A DNA stretch of 64,000 nt, from contig JAHRHZ010000140.1 in the NCBI GenBank assembly GCA_024137785.1, forward strand, positions 28,535,542 to 28,599,541, read 5' to 3'. The notes below the pieces were generated by a model. That model made no database searches. It had not been told where the DNA came from and saw nothing but the letters and a program-made list of their open reading frames with translations. Position numbers and translations under genes: made by a program. The DNA is from Ginglymostoma cirratum (Eukaryota). This document shows positions 51,600-64,000 of the stretch, one piece after another. How positions within the stretch are numbered: position 1 is the stretch's first letter; each line of letters begins with the position of its first letter.

Positions 51600-52345
51600 A
51601 GTTCAAAATGGGGAGATAATTCAGAAATCTGAAGTGCAAAGAGACTTGGTAGTCCTAGTCCAGGATTCTCTAAAGGTTAGCTTGCAGGTTAAGTCAATAG
51701 TTAGGAAGGAAAATATAAGGTTGGCATTTATTTCAAAAGGACTAGAATGTAAAAGTGGGGTTGTACTTCTGAGGTTTCATAAGGCTTTGGTCAGATGGCA
51801 TTTAGAATATCATGAGCAATTTTGGGCCCCATATCTCAGGAAGGATGCAATGGCCCGGGAGGGGTTCCAGAGGAGGTTCACGAGAATGATGCCAGGAATG
51901 AAAGGCTTAACATATAAGGAATGTTTGAGGACTCTGGGTCTGTACTCGAGTGTGAAGGATGAGGAGAAATCAAATTGAAGCTTACAGAATACTTAAAGGC
52001 TTGGACAGAGTGGACGTTGAGAAGACGTTTCCATTAGCAGGAGAATCTAGGACCCGAGGGCCCAGCCTTAGAATAAAAGGAAGATCCTTTAGAACACAGA
52101 TGAGGAGAAACTTCTTCAGCCAGAGAGTGGTGGATCTTTGGAATTCATTGCCACAGCAGGCTGTTGAGGCCAGGTCATTGAGTATATCTAAGACAGAGAT
52201 AGATAGGGTCTTGATTGTTAAGGGGATCAAAGTTTACAGGGAGAAGGCGGAAGAATGGGGTTGTGAAACTTATCAGCCATGACTAAATGGCGGTGTAGAC
52301 GCAGTGGGCCAAATGGCCTAATTTCTGCTCCTATGTCTTATGGTC
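51600..52345 (+). mobile_element. CR1 LINE 3' portion
   Basis: VQRDLVVLV...LVRWHLEYHEQFWAPY...FFSQRVVDLWNSLP plus the CR1 tail. Confidence 0.9.
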
Positions 52346-54029
52346 TGGATGGAATGCCTTCTAGCCTCTGGTCCAACTCTGGTTGTGGTATTGCAGCAAT
52401 GTGGAGTTTAATCTCTTCCAATGTTATGCCATTCCTTTGTGTTTTTCAGGTCAAACTGACTCTTAGAATGACTTCCAGAATCTGTTCCAATTTAAATGCA
52501 CCTCCTTTTAAGATTTGCAGACTCGCTTTAAGTTATGCAGGCCAGTTTGAATTCGTGCTGCTCATATTTTTGAGATCCTCATCAGAGATGCAACCTGTCT
52601 AAAACACAATTAGGTTTGGCTGCACACTGCAGCATAATGGGTGTGTGCTGCGTGCATCAGATTAAACGTGTGGGTTAGTCAGGCATTGCGAACCTGGTGC
52701 TTTCTTTCAGGGACAATATAATTTTCCTCTGAGCTTTTCTTTTTGCAGTATTTTTTTTAAAAGTCAGAGACAGAGAAAGGTGATTCCCTGAGAAAACAAG
52801 ATATAAATAAAATAAACCACTTGGTCTTGAGCTTTCAGGCCAAGTGGCTTAAGCAAAATTCTTTAAACGATTAATATTCTGTTGGAGAGCTCCTGATGAG
52901 AATAGCGTTAGCTTTACTTATGTTATTTGGTGTTTTATCAAGAAAATAATTTGCATTCAGTGAAATGTTAATGTTTCATTTGTTCAATTTCCAAACTGGA
53001 AAGTTACATTTAAAATTATTTAAAGTTGTAAAGTCAGTCATTAATTCATTATTTCAAATCGCACTAATGCTTTAATATTTATGATGTAAATGGGATGTAC
53101 AATGAAAATCAACGACCTGACATAACAGTAGGTTGCCTTATAATATTTTATTTCAATTTCTGCTCATCTAGGTATGGATTGAAGGGTCTTGGTGGGCACA
53201 TTCCTGGCACATCCACTGAGATTATGACCCGGGATTTCAGTGTCAGTGCCTTTAATAACAATTGTCACAAATATTACATTACTAGATCAGGCTAGAATTA
53301 ATAACTACAATGAATTGAATCTCATTCCTTATGTGATACAATACATTCTGCCAAAACGTTTCAAATCACTGCCTCAACCTTTCCTCAGCTAGACTTTAAT
53401 AAATTCAGATCACTACTTATTATTTTCTTAATACATTTTCACTGATTAAATACATATTCTGAAAGATTATTATTTAATGAAGGATTTATCTCCCATCATT
53501 TTCCCTCTTACATTAGTCACTGTCTCACATTCACATATATTTCTGAGTATTGAAGGTGTGGACAACATGTGGAAATCTCTATAGACATTATCAGTGGAGG
53601 CTTTTGGTCATCTCCTTACCAAAAGTAATGCCTGGGCGAACTGGAAATACCCTTTCTTTCACCGCCTTCTCCCATTCTTGACAACTTGATCAAATCCATT
53701 GAAACTTATATCCACTCAATCAGGGCTTCGAACATTTATGTCCCATGTGCCACCATCAATTCAGTGGAAAGATTGGCCTGATTTATAGACAGACAAGAAC
53801 AGTCTGTTCCAAAGATTTGACTGCATGAAGAAGATTGCGTGGCAACAGATGGTGTATTTTTGCTATGATACAATTTTCCCACAGTTCAGTATTTGCATTT
53901 TTATGTTAAATCTTAATAAAACTACAAGAATGCCAATTTTGGATCCACAATGAGCAGAAGCTAAAGCCCTTTAATCCACTTGAATGTGGCCTGCACAGTG
54001 CCACATGTTGGGAGAGGCACATGGGAAGA

Positions 54030-55760
54030 ACATAAGAAAAATGAGCAGGAGAAGACCATTTTACCATCAAGCCTTCTCCATCATGCAATATGATAGTGGT
54101 TGATCTGGTGTCCTTTAATTCTCTGATAGATCCAAACTCATCTATCAAAACATGATAGCATGTCCACAATCCACGAAGGTAGAGAATTCCAAAGAGTCAC
54201 AATACTTTAAGTGAATACATTTCTTCTCATATACCATATCTTGAAACTGTGCTCTAGACTGCCCAGTCAGTGGAACAATCTACCCTGTCCAGCTACTTCA
54301 TAAACTTGAATGTTTCAGTGAGATCTCCTCTCAAGTCTTTGAAATACCTGAGAATACAGAGCCAGTTTACTCAGCTTCTCATCACAGGACAGTGCTCTTA
54401 TTGCAGGGATCCTTTGCTGTCCTGCAGCCAAAGTAAGCATATCCTTCCTTAAATATAGAAACGAAAATCACACACAGTATTCTAGGCATGATCTAATCAA
54501 AGCCCTGCATAAATATAGCAAAACTTCTTTATTCCTGTACACCAGTCCCCTTGTAATAAAGGTTAACATGTCATTTACTTTCCAAATTGCATGCTATACC
54601 ATTTTGTGTTCCTTTCATAAGTACCCTGAATGTCAACATGTGAAGTTTTACGCCTTTAAAAAAAAAGTTCTTGTTTTTGTCCTACCAAAATGAATAACCT
54701 CACACTTGTCCACATTACAGTCCAACTGCTACATTGTTGCCCATTCACCTAACTGGTCTATATCTCTTTGCAGCCTCTTTGTATCATCTTCAGAGTTTGC
54801 ATTCCATCTAGTTTTATACCATTAGAAACCTTAGATATGCTACTCCCTGACTTTTCATCCAAATCATTTGTATATATTATTAATTTAAGACCTCAGGACT
54901 TCATGAGTCACAGCCTACCAACTTGAAAATATTACATTTATCCTTATACACTGCTTCCTGTCTGTTAATAACATCTCAATCTACGCTAATATATTACCCC
55001 AAGTATTTCCCATTTGTAAAACCGTGTTGATTTGTTCAAATCACATGATGCTTTTTTAAGTGTACTGCAAAGATTTACTTAACAGATTGTTAAGTAAATG
55101 TCAGACTAACTGGCCTGTAGATCTCCATTATCTCTCTCTCTGTTCCTGAATAGTGAAGTTACATTTGCGAACATTCAGTCTTCTGGTTCTGTTTCAGAAT
55201 CCAGGGAATTTTGGAAACTGATATGCAGCATATGTGTTATCTCTTTAATTATCTTTTCTAGAAACCTAGAATAAGGCTTATCAGGATTCGCTGACTTATT
55301 ATTATTGGCGTTTATTCAGTAATTTTCCTTTGCTGAAATTAATTGCCTGAATTTCCTCAGTAGCCCCTGTAGGATACCATTTATTTCTGCTACGTAACTT
55401 GTGTCTTCTACTGTAAAGCCATACATAAGATGTTCATGCAATGCCTGTACCATTTCCTCATTTCGCATAATAATTTCTATTGTCTTGGCTTTAAGGGACA
55501 AGATTTAGCTATTGTATTCATTTTTATAAACTTATGATGGATTTTTAATTGTATTTTTATATTCCTGGCTAGTTCACTATCACATACAATTTTCTTTTTT
55601 ATCAACTTTGCGTTCTTTTTTGCTGTTTTTTAAAACAAGCCCAATGCTCCAATATACTATCAATCTTAGCAAAATTATAAGCCTCTTCTTTTAATCTAAT
55701 ACTATCCTTAACCCAAGCAGTCAGCCACAGATACAACTTTCTCCCTGAGTTTTTGTTCTT
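54030..55760 (-). mobile_element. Degraded CR1 LINE
   Basis: CR1 tail at the left end (catgggaagaacataagaaaaatgagcagg); MRNEEMVQAL...FTVEDT on minus; reverse-complement matches to CR1 RT segments. Confidence 0.75.
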
Positions 55761-55769
55761 CAATTAAGT

Positions 55770-57450
55770 CCAATTCTTCTGAGAGGTCCTCAGTTTCTTG
55801 TTTTGTATCTTCATCAGTTTTCTCCTGAATGCTGCCTCACCAAGGTCCTCATCAGAGTCTCCTTCAGCAGAGTTCATCTGTGACAATGACCTCCACTGAG
55901 CTAACTAGTCTGTTCCCCTGACCAAGTTGCCAACCATTTACATCTTGCCATTAACATGCGCTGATTACAACCCTACATTAAACCCTAAGAGGTGTACAGT
56001 GACAGCATCTGAGTTGCTCATTGTGAATGACAGATCATGTGACAGGGTTGGCTTCACCGGTACCTTGCTGTTGTGTTCACCGTTCTGCCTGGTGCTGTTG
56101 TGACTTGACAAGTCACCGTTCTTGAGTTTCTAAAAGCAGATAGTCAGAAAGGGGAAGGTCGGACGGAGGGAAGGAGCATGAAAATGGAAAGCAACAGGCT
56201 CACGGTAACACTGTCAGTCTATATGCCAAATAACAAGAGAGGGTGAGGTATGAATAGAAAATTGTGTTTAATTACATGAAAGCATTGAATATTAACTGAT
56301 GACTCACTTAAGTTCCTGTAAATAGAGGTAGGCTTAAATGTGGTGGTTGAGGTTAGGAAGGGTATGTTCAGAATGTGTAAATCTGCAAATATAGGAACAA
56401 AAAAACTAGGAACAGGAGCAGGCCATTCAGTCTTCATGTCTGTCCACCATTAATTTGATCATGGCTGATCTTCCAACTCAATGCCATATTTTCTCTTTTT
56501 CCCCATACCCCTCAACACTCTGAATACACGGAAAGAAATGAATCAATCTCTTTCTTGAATATATTCAGTGACTTGGCCTCCACAGCTTTCTGTGGGTGAG
56601 AATTCCACAGATTCACTATTCTTTGAGTGAAGAAATCTTTTCCTCATCTCAATTCCAAGTGGTCCACCCTGGATCCTGAGACTATGACTCCTGGTTCTAG
56701 ACTTCCCAAGTAAGCAAATAATAAATAGTGTGCAAAGACTGGTTCCTGTTCTATTCTTCATCACTGGCTTTCTGGAACACAGCTCATTAAGGCACATAAT
56801 TGAGGAACATCCTCAATGTCATTGGATGACATGTCACAGTAAGCAGCTGTTTTTTTGGAAAAACCCTGCAGATGCAGACCTTAAATTAACAGTCTGTTAA
56901 ATTCCATTCTTTTTCAGCAGTTCAGGACAATGTTGTCCTGCAAGGGAGAGGGAAGAATGCCAGTGTTTGTACGATACTGTGCTTGTGCTAAAGCCTGTCA
57001 TTGTTGAATGGATTGAGTTATGTGGAGGGGCTAACTTTGAGCCTAACATCACTGGCCAGTGTTAAGATTGAGATAGAATATATAGATTTTAGTTATGAGT
57101 GTCAAGAAGTGCTGCAGTGCAACTGAAATGGTACATTTAATGGCATGAAAAGTTAGTGGCATAGTAGGTGGAGATGTCATGTAAAGATTCATTCCTTGGC
57201 CTTGGCCAATTACATAAAATCAGTAGAGATCTTGAGATACTGCTAATAGGTTCTAGGGACCAGACTCCCAGAATTGGTCTCTCCAGCCACAACACCAACT
57301 CAGAGAGTTCTTCTTTGAGGATTTCTGGCTACTACAGAAACATTGGTCTCTTTTCTAAAATCCAAGACCATCTTTAAGGCCTCTTATGCCACATCAATGA
57401 ACTGGGACCTGTATCTTTGCCCTGGGCGTTTCTTTTCCTTTTCTAAGCAT
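55770..57450 (-). mobile_element. Harbinger ORF2 (Myb/SANT-like) remnant with internal splice signal, interrupted by a CR1
   Basis: 57200-57430 minus gives PRTY*QYLKISTDF (cf. PRTWxQCRKKFxDL); 55780-55900 minus gives NSAEGDSDEDLGEAAFRRKLM; strong 3' splice site at 56130. Confidence 0.45.
56390..56710 (-). mobile_element. CR1 LINE 3' end
   Basis: Minus GKSRTRSHSLRIQG...EMRKRF plus tail aggaacaggagcaggccattcag on plus. Confidence 0.82.
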
Positions 57451-60029
57451 TGTAGTGACAACATTCAGCAGCAACCTCCTGTAATTCAATGCATCTTACC
57501 TTCAAGAGAGACAAATTGACTGTAAGAGGAGCTTGCTGGGTGCACCATGTACCATCAGTGCTTGCTGTTTATTTCACTGTCAAGCACTCAGCAGTGTGGG
57601 CACTGCTCAGACCAATGCTACCAACAGGTAACAGAGGAAGATGCACCAAATTTCCACAGTGCTTCCATGTGAATGAGTGTGAACAGGTCACGAGTCACAA
57701 GCACAAAAATAGATACACAACAATTTTATCTCTAAGTTTCCAAGTAACAAATCTGTCAAAGCAATCAGATCAACAGTCTAACTACACCAATATATTATTA
57801 ATCCTGTTACAGCATTTTGCTAAAACTCTACCAGAAGACAATATAAATTTTAATAATATCTCTGGTGACAAATTGTAGCATATCACAATAAGACTGAAAC
57901 ATGGGGCAGAAAAGACATTATTTCTGTTAGATGAAAATGTTTCACAAAATCCACGTGTCCCACACATCAGCTTAAATGTCAGTAATTCAAAGTTAAAGAT
58001 AAATGTGATCAACTGTATGAGTTACTATTATATAAAATAATGAACTTCTCTATGGTTACATCACAACTATAGAATCCATAAATGCACAAATACAACTTCA
58101 GATTTATGAAGTGATAAATGCAAATAGGACTAGGCTATAGTCACATGGGAAATAAGCTAAGCTTATTACTATGAAAGTCACTGAGAGGTTATGAAAATAT
58201 TTGACAAAAATGTCACTGCCTGAAAAGTTGTTTCTTTAATTTAGAGATTTGATGCAGAGAAAATTAAATAAGAAAAGCACCCAAATGAGGAACTTTAAAT
58301 CGTTGACAAGGAAAGTGAAAGTCAAGATGTTTATTTTCATTTATTTCATAAACAAATCTGGCAGATCTTTTCCTTTAAAAAAATAAAACCTTAATCTAAA
58401 ATGGACTATGTCATCATTTAATGGCTCACTTTAAAAGTAAAGCAAAAAGAAAGTTCTCACTGTTGTACTGTCACATTAGGCCCACCGCAGTTACCTTGCC
58501 TCCAAAATTTAAATTCTGCACATCTCTGTAATGTGGCTCCTACTCACTTCAATCTAGATAGTTTTGTAAAGGTGATTCTTAATTCACAATTTCAAACACT
58601 CTACAATTACGCTGTGCACACCACAAATAATACTCTAACGTAAGACTGAAGTCTTCCATTTGTTCACAAAGCTCAAAGGATAAAATGAATTGCTCTGATT
58701 CTTCTCGTTGTGAAAAGATCCATGAAATCCCCCATGCCACATATATGTCTCATGCTTACAAAGTAAAAACATATCCAGCAAAGACAGGATATTAAAACTT
58801 TATGAAAGATTGACAAGAATGTAAAATTCAATAACTAGATTATATGAAAAACCTAAATACCGCAACACTTTTGGCTAGTCTTCACTATGTCTGCTCATTA
58901 TTAAATATCTTTAATAATCTGAGTTTGTACACATAAAAACACAAGTAACAATTATGGAAACAGAAAAGAAATTCCAAAGCTAAATAAAGACTACAATGAT
59001 GTTAATCATTTCACTGCTTTTGCTCCTAAGATCGAATTACCACCTAATGAGCTGTGGTTTTTAGACAAAGATAAAATTAGTGATGTAAAAAGTACTTTGA
59101 TCTACCTCAATACTTTAGAATATTTGATACTGTCTGTAACATGAGGCACAGCATTGCTAATGTGGCTTGCATTTCTCATTTCAGATAACAGAAAAAGCAG
59201 CAATGAAGCTGTGACCATTGCAAGACAATGGAGACAACCACAGCTGTACCATGTACAATAAGTGAAACAACATTGGTTCACTGTTCAGGATTTATGACAG
59301 GAAGCAAAGTATTTCTGTATGCCTTAAAGGGGAGTATATTTTTCTCAAACTCCTTTGCTGATTTAAATTAGCATTGCAATGTCAGACTTTGTCAATAGCT
59401 TTATTTATTCTGGATACTTCAGTCACAGCAATGCAAATATTCTTTAAAAAACACTTACAATGGACTGGGAAACGTCAAGGCCACGGTTGCTTGTAAAATG
59501 CCAATTCTCTGGCATGGTCTTCCAATGGACTGTGGATTAGGTGTAGAATAAGTTCAGGTTCAACATTGTACTTGCCTAATGGATGGTAATTCTGGAATCA
59601 GTTTAGAATTAACTTGTCCAATTCAGTGCAGTGAACATATGTCAAATCTGAATTAGCCCATTGGGCTTCTTAAGTAACTCCAAATAGCATTTGTAGTTTT
59701 ATAAAATTTTTGCTACTTAAGATGCAGGTGACTGGAGTGGAGTCTGGAGAATACAGTTTTAAATTAAAATCAAATTCATCTGAAAAGTAGCTAGCTCTCT
59801 GCTCTGCTGATCACATTGTACTGGCATACACAATTGTCCCCCTTTGAAATTTGCATGGTAAATGCTTATGGTGTCTCAGAGAAAGCTAGAGATTCCATTG
59901 TATGTGGCATTTAAAGCCTGGCCTCTCATTTCTATACTTCTGCTGGTAACAGATTCACAATGTTTGATATTTGTTTCCACATTTTTTTGTTAGCATGTGT
60001 GTATTGGATAACGAAGCATTATTCCAGCT

Positions 60030-61400
60030 TCCTGTGGTAAGTGTCACTGGCAATGCTATTTTATTGCCCATTCCTAATTATCTTCGAGGTGTAGGTTGTG
60101 GTGGTGAACCAACTTCTTGAATCACTACAGTCAGTGTAGTGTAGGTATGCGCACAATGCTGTTGGGGAGGTTGAGCCAGTGACAAAAAGGCAAGAATACA
60201 TAGTTATTATTCAGAATGGTATGAGACACTTGGAGATTGTCTCTTTCCATGTATCCGCTGTTCTTATTTTTCTAGATGGCAAAGACTGGGGTTTTGGAAG
60301 ATGTTAAAGAGTCTTGGGGGTTTCTGTGGGGCATCTTGTTGATGGTACACACTGCTGCCATTGTTGTGCTGCTGACAGAAGGAGTTAACTTTGAAGGTGT
60401 GCTGATCAAATGAGCTTCTTTATCCTGGATGGTGTTGAGTTTCTTGACAGCTGATGTGGTTTCGTTTATCAAGGAAAGCAGAGAGTATTCCATCATACTC
60501 CTGACTTGCACCTTGTAGGTGAGTCAGGAGGTGAATTATTTGCCACAGTATTCACTCACTGACCTGCTCTTGTAGCCACAGTACTTGAATGACTGGTGCA
60601 GTTCAGTTTCTGGTCAATGATGATGGCAGGATGTTGATGGGGAATTCAGTGATGGTAATGCCATTGAACATTAAAGGGATATGGTATATTTTCCCTTGAT
60701 GATAATCGCTGTCGGGCTCTTTTGTTGTCTGACGTTACTTGCCATTAAACAGGCATGGACAAATATTGTTCAGGACTCATTGAATATGTGCATGGACAGC
60801 TTCAACATCGTGCAATTGTCAGTGAAACTCCCTATTTTAGACTTCATATTGATGAAATAGTTGAAGGTGACTTGGTCTGGGTACAATTGGGCACTGGAAC
60901 TGAGATTAAATGACCTCCAACAACTACAACTATCATCCTCTGGGCTAGGTATGACTCCAACTCTCCAGTAGCAAGCTTCCTCTCTGCTTTGTTTTGAATT
61001 CAATTTTGCTAAGGACCATTGATGCCACACTCAGTCACATGCAGCCTTGAACTCCAACGATTATCACACTCACTTCATCTCTTGAATTCAGCTCTTTCGT
61101 CCATGTTTTGAGCAGGACTTCAACAAAGCCTGTAACTGATTCGTTGTTGAAGAAATGAACATTGGTGACCAGATTACTTCATTGTCAGTACTGCAAAATA
61201 GCAATGTCAGTGATACCTTCCATCACTTTGCTGATGATTGGCAGTAGCTTGATTAGGTAACAACTAATCGGTTTGGATTTGCCCTACTTTTTATGGGTAG
61301 GATGTAACAGGTACATTTTCCACATTGTCAGGTTATGACTAGAGTTATCAGATACCAGAATAGCTTAATTCTGGAGCATTAATCTTCAGACTGTAGCCAG
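60030..61400 (-). mobile_element. CR1/L2-group LINE (second family)
   Basis: Minus ORF MQVRSMMEYSLL...KKLNTIQDKEAHLI; ttccatcactttgctgatgattg as at 8593. Confidence 0.8.
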
Positions 61401-63269
61401 GGTGTTTCTGACTGCCTACTCTGCTATTTAGGATTTGGTATCTCTGTCAAGGGATTTTGGCATCATGGTAATATAGCCAGAAATGATTTGAAAGTGCACT
61501 TATTCAGTCTTGATGTTTACAAAGAATGGTATTTACACTAGAACACACTAGAACAATTACCATAGTCAGAAGGAAGAAATTCTCATAAATAGGTGATAAC
61601 AGCACAGGATGTGGATTATTTGTTGTTAGGCCGGTACAAGAAAAGTCCATTACATAACAATGTCCTAAATGTTCCTGATCTACCAGCTCACCGGTTCCTG
61701 CAATGTGCTTCAGTACCTGAAATACCACAGTGCAGGACACAGATGTTACAGAATTAGGCGATGTGAGTTAGAAATCCATACATTGTGTCAGACTGGAACT
61801 AATAAAATGGATTTCCAACAAACTGCAAATTGAGTGGGTTTAAGTAATGATAAAGCATCTAACCTGGAGTGAGATGCATCTTTGGTGAACTGCAACATTG
61901 CACTGGATTTACTAGTATGGATAAAGATTTAACATAAACAACATAAGATAAATATGTACAGTACTAGTAAAAAATAGAGAAGAATCAACACTGGATTCAT
62001 TCACAAATGTTAGGATGCATTCCCAGGACATTGGACTATAGTGCCCTTGTTATTCTTTAGATATAACTGACTCTTGATTTCAGTTCTGCGATTGAATACT
62101 TCTTGTGGTCAAAGTAACCCAAACCTAACATTACCAAATTAAATGTTTTCAATTCAGAATTAGGCAAAGAAATTGCAAGAAATGCTTTATAATTTTTCAA
62201 AGGCTCAATATTCCCCCAAAAAAGAAACAACTGCCTCAAGATTTCCTGATTCTTGTTGTGGTGTCTCAGTTGCTCAGAATCTCTAGTTCTTGGCTTCAGA
62301 TATTGTATTAACAATTGTTCAGCACAAAAAACAATGATTTGTTCAAATCAAACATTTTTCTTCATAGAAAACACATTGGAGGCCATTCAAAAAACTTCAG
62401 GCTGCACTAATCACTCCACTCAACTGCACACAGAATACTCCTATGAACTTCTAATTTATGTGTTCTAATGAGGGTTGATGATTTCTCTGATCGCCACATA
62501 CTGTATTATTGCACATTGAGAAATATGAGGCTGTAATGTTCTTCATTTACGCTTGATTCTTTAAATTCCAGTAGCTTTTAATTCTAAACATGTTGAATGT
62601 CGTAAAAGACTGTCTTTGGCCTTGAAGCCATACTGTGTTAAATCTAGCAAATTGGCAGGTTCAGTACTTACTTTGTCATGAAACAATCAAGAATAATTAG
62701 TTAGGTTTATTTTCATGCTTTTAGTCTCACATCAGGTAACACAGTTTTCATTGTTCTGTTTATCTCAAGGTCCCTTTATCATATGCTACACAGCATTTGT
62801 AATAGTCGCTTGTTCAAATTGTGATATTTTATTATCTTTGCTGAAAAAAGTGTAGGCATTACATTCACTATTGTTGCTACTAATTCTGACCAAAACTGCA
62901 AGGGGCAGTTCATAAAGGAAGTTTTCTCTAGAGGTTGGCTCTAGTGAAGTAGATGAACCAATATAGAGCTTCAAGTCAAGGATTTGACATTAGAAATTAT
63001 GGAACAAGATCCTCTTTTAGTTTTAATGAAAGATGAGTACAAAGGTGACCGGAGGTGAAAAGCAATGGTGACTGCTTTTCATCTGCTATTGCTGCTACCA
63101 TGGATTACATATCCCACCTGAAATGAGTTTTTGAAAATTTAGTAAAAAGGTTTTTTTATCAGTAAAGGACAGTGGATGACTAGTAAGCAGTTCAAATACT
63201 AGTATTTTGAAATAATGACAACATCACTGATAGCAGGAAATAGCATAAAAGAATTTTCAACCAAAAGTA

Positions 63270-63660
63270 TTCCTGACATCATTGGATCATAATCTATAAA
63301 TGTCTCAGGTTTAGACTTTTAATCCTCATACTGAAATCATTCCATGGCCTCTTTCTTCACTTACCTTCTCTTAGTTTATAACACACTGAGGCTCTGCATT
63401 CCTACAGCTCTCAAATTGTGCATTCTCACTTCCTTTGTTTCACTAATATATTTGTTTAAGCTCTAAGGTCACATATGTGCCTGGCCAACTCTCATTCCCT
63501 CTTTAAAACTCCTTTTAAAACCTACCTCTTATGATTAAAATTTCAGTAACCTCACTTACTCTCTCCTTCTTCTACACAGCATCACCATTTGTCTCATTAC
63601 ACTTCTGTGAAGCACCTTGAGATATTTCTTACACTAAATAAGTTACATAAATGTACTCAA
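63270..63660 (+). mobile_element. L2-type LINE 3' end
   Basis: aaatcattccatggcct...ctctttaaaactccttttaaaacctacctctt...ttctgtgaagcaccttgag. Confidence 0.55.
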
Positions 63661-63797
63661 ATAAAAGAAAAATATTGCAGATTTTGGAAATCTGAAGTAA
63701 AAACAGAAATTGCTGAAGAAAGTCAGTGGCTACAGCATTATCTGTGCAGACTGAAAGTGAGTTAATGTTTTGAATCCAATTGACTCTTCTTCAGAAC
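63660..63797 (-). mobile_element. Penelope-like terminal repeat (family B) with decayed hammerhead motif
   Basis: Minus: gttCTGAAGAAGAGTCAATTGGATTCAAAACATTAACTC...cagatttccaaaatctgcaata. Confidence 0.6.
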
Positions 63798-63940
63798 ATA
63801 AATGCTCTTTGTTGTTGCTATTGCTTTATGGTATAGCAGGGCCTGAGGAGGACAGTATTCATGAAATTCAGAAAGCACCATACCAATATGAAGCAGAAAT
63901 ACTGAGTCTCAGCCAGAGGTTGGAGACAGTTGTGTCCTGA

Positions 63941-64000
63941 TCATTTCTGATGAAGGGTTTAGGCCCGAAACGTCAAGTTTTCCTGCTCCTATGATGCTGC
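63941..64000 (+). mobile_element. Penelope-like repeat (family A) with intact hammerhead core; runs off the window
   Basis: catttCTGATGAAGGGTTTAGGCCCGAAACGTCaagtttt, core at 63947-63974. Confidence 0.8.

Noticed and set aside
55835-55860. CTGATGAGGACC on minus as another hammerhead
   Set aside because: No helix II closed by GAAA follows; it lies in DSDEDL-coding transposon sequence.

Overview
Vertebrate, repeat-rich genomic DNA. The repeat families (HE1/V-SINE, Deu-type SINE, CR1 LINEs, Penelope-like elements) point to a cartilaginous fish, probably a shark (inference). The whole window appears to lie inside a minus-strand ADAM12 gene. Three consecutive prodomain exons (79, 77 and 187 bp) sit at 37543-37621, 17705-17781 and 2071-2257, with canonical splice sites and compatible phases. 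The introns hold four main classes of insertion. (1) A defective endogenous retrovirus at about 31590-35773 with a 5' LTR, tRNA-Ser PBS, gag with PSAP and CCHC motifs, an A-AAA-AAC -1 frameshift into protease, RT/RNase H deleted, an integrase C-terminus and a gamma-type env, but no 3' LTR. (2) At least three families of Penelope-like remnants carrying minimal, dimer-type hammerhead ribozyme motifs, one linked to a decayed GIY-YIG endonuclease. (3) A Gmr1-like Gypsy remnant, a possible miniature LTR element and Harbinger transposase/Myb-like remnants. (4) Many CR1, L2 and Rex1 LINE fragments and SINEs. Most ORFs in the supplied track are LINE fragments or chance ORFs. Repeat boundaries are approximate and family names come from recalled motifs, not database searches.
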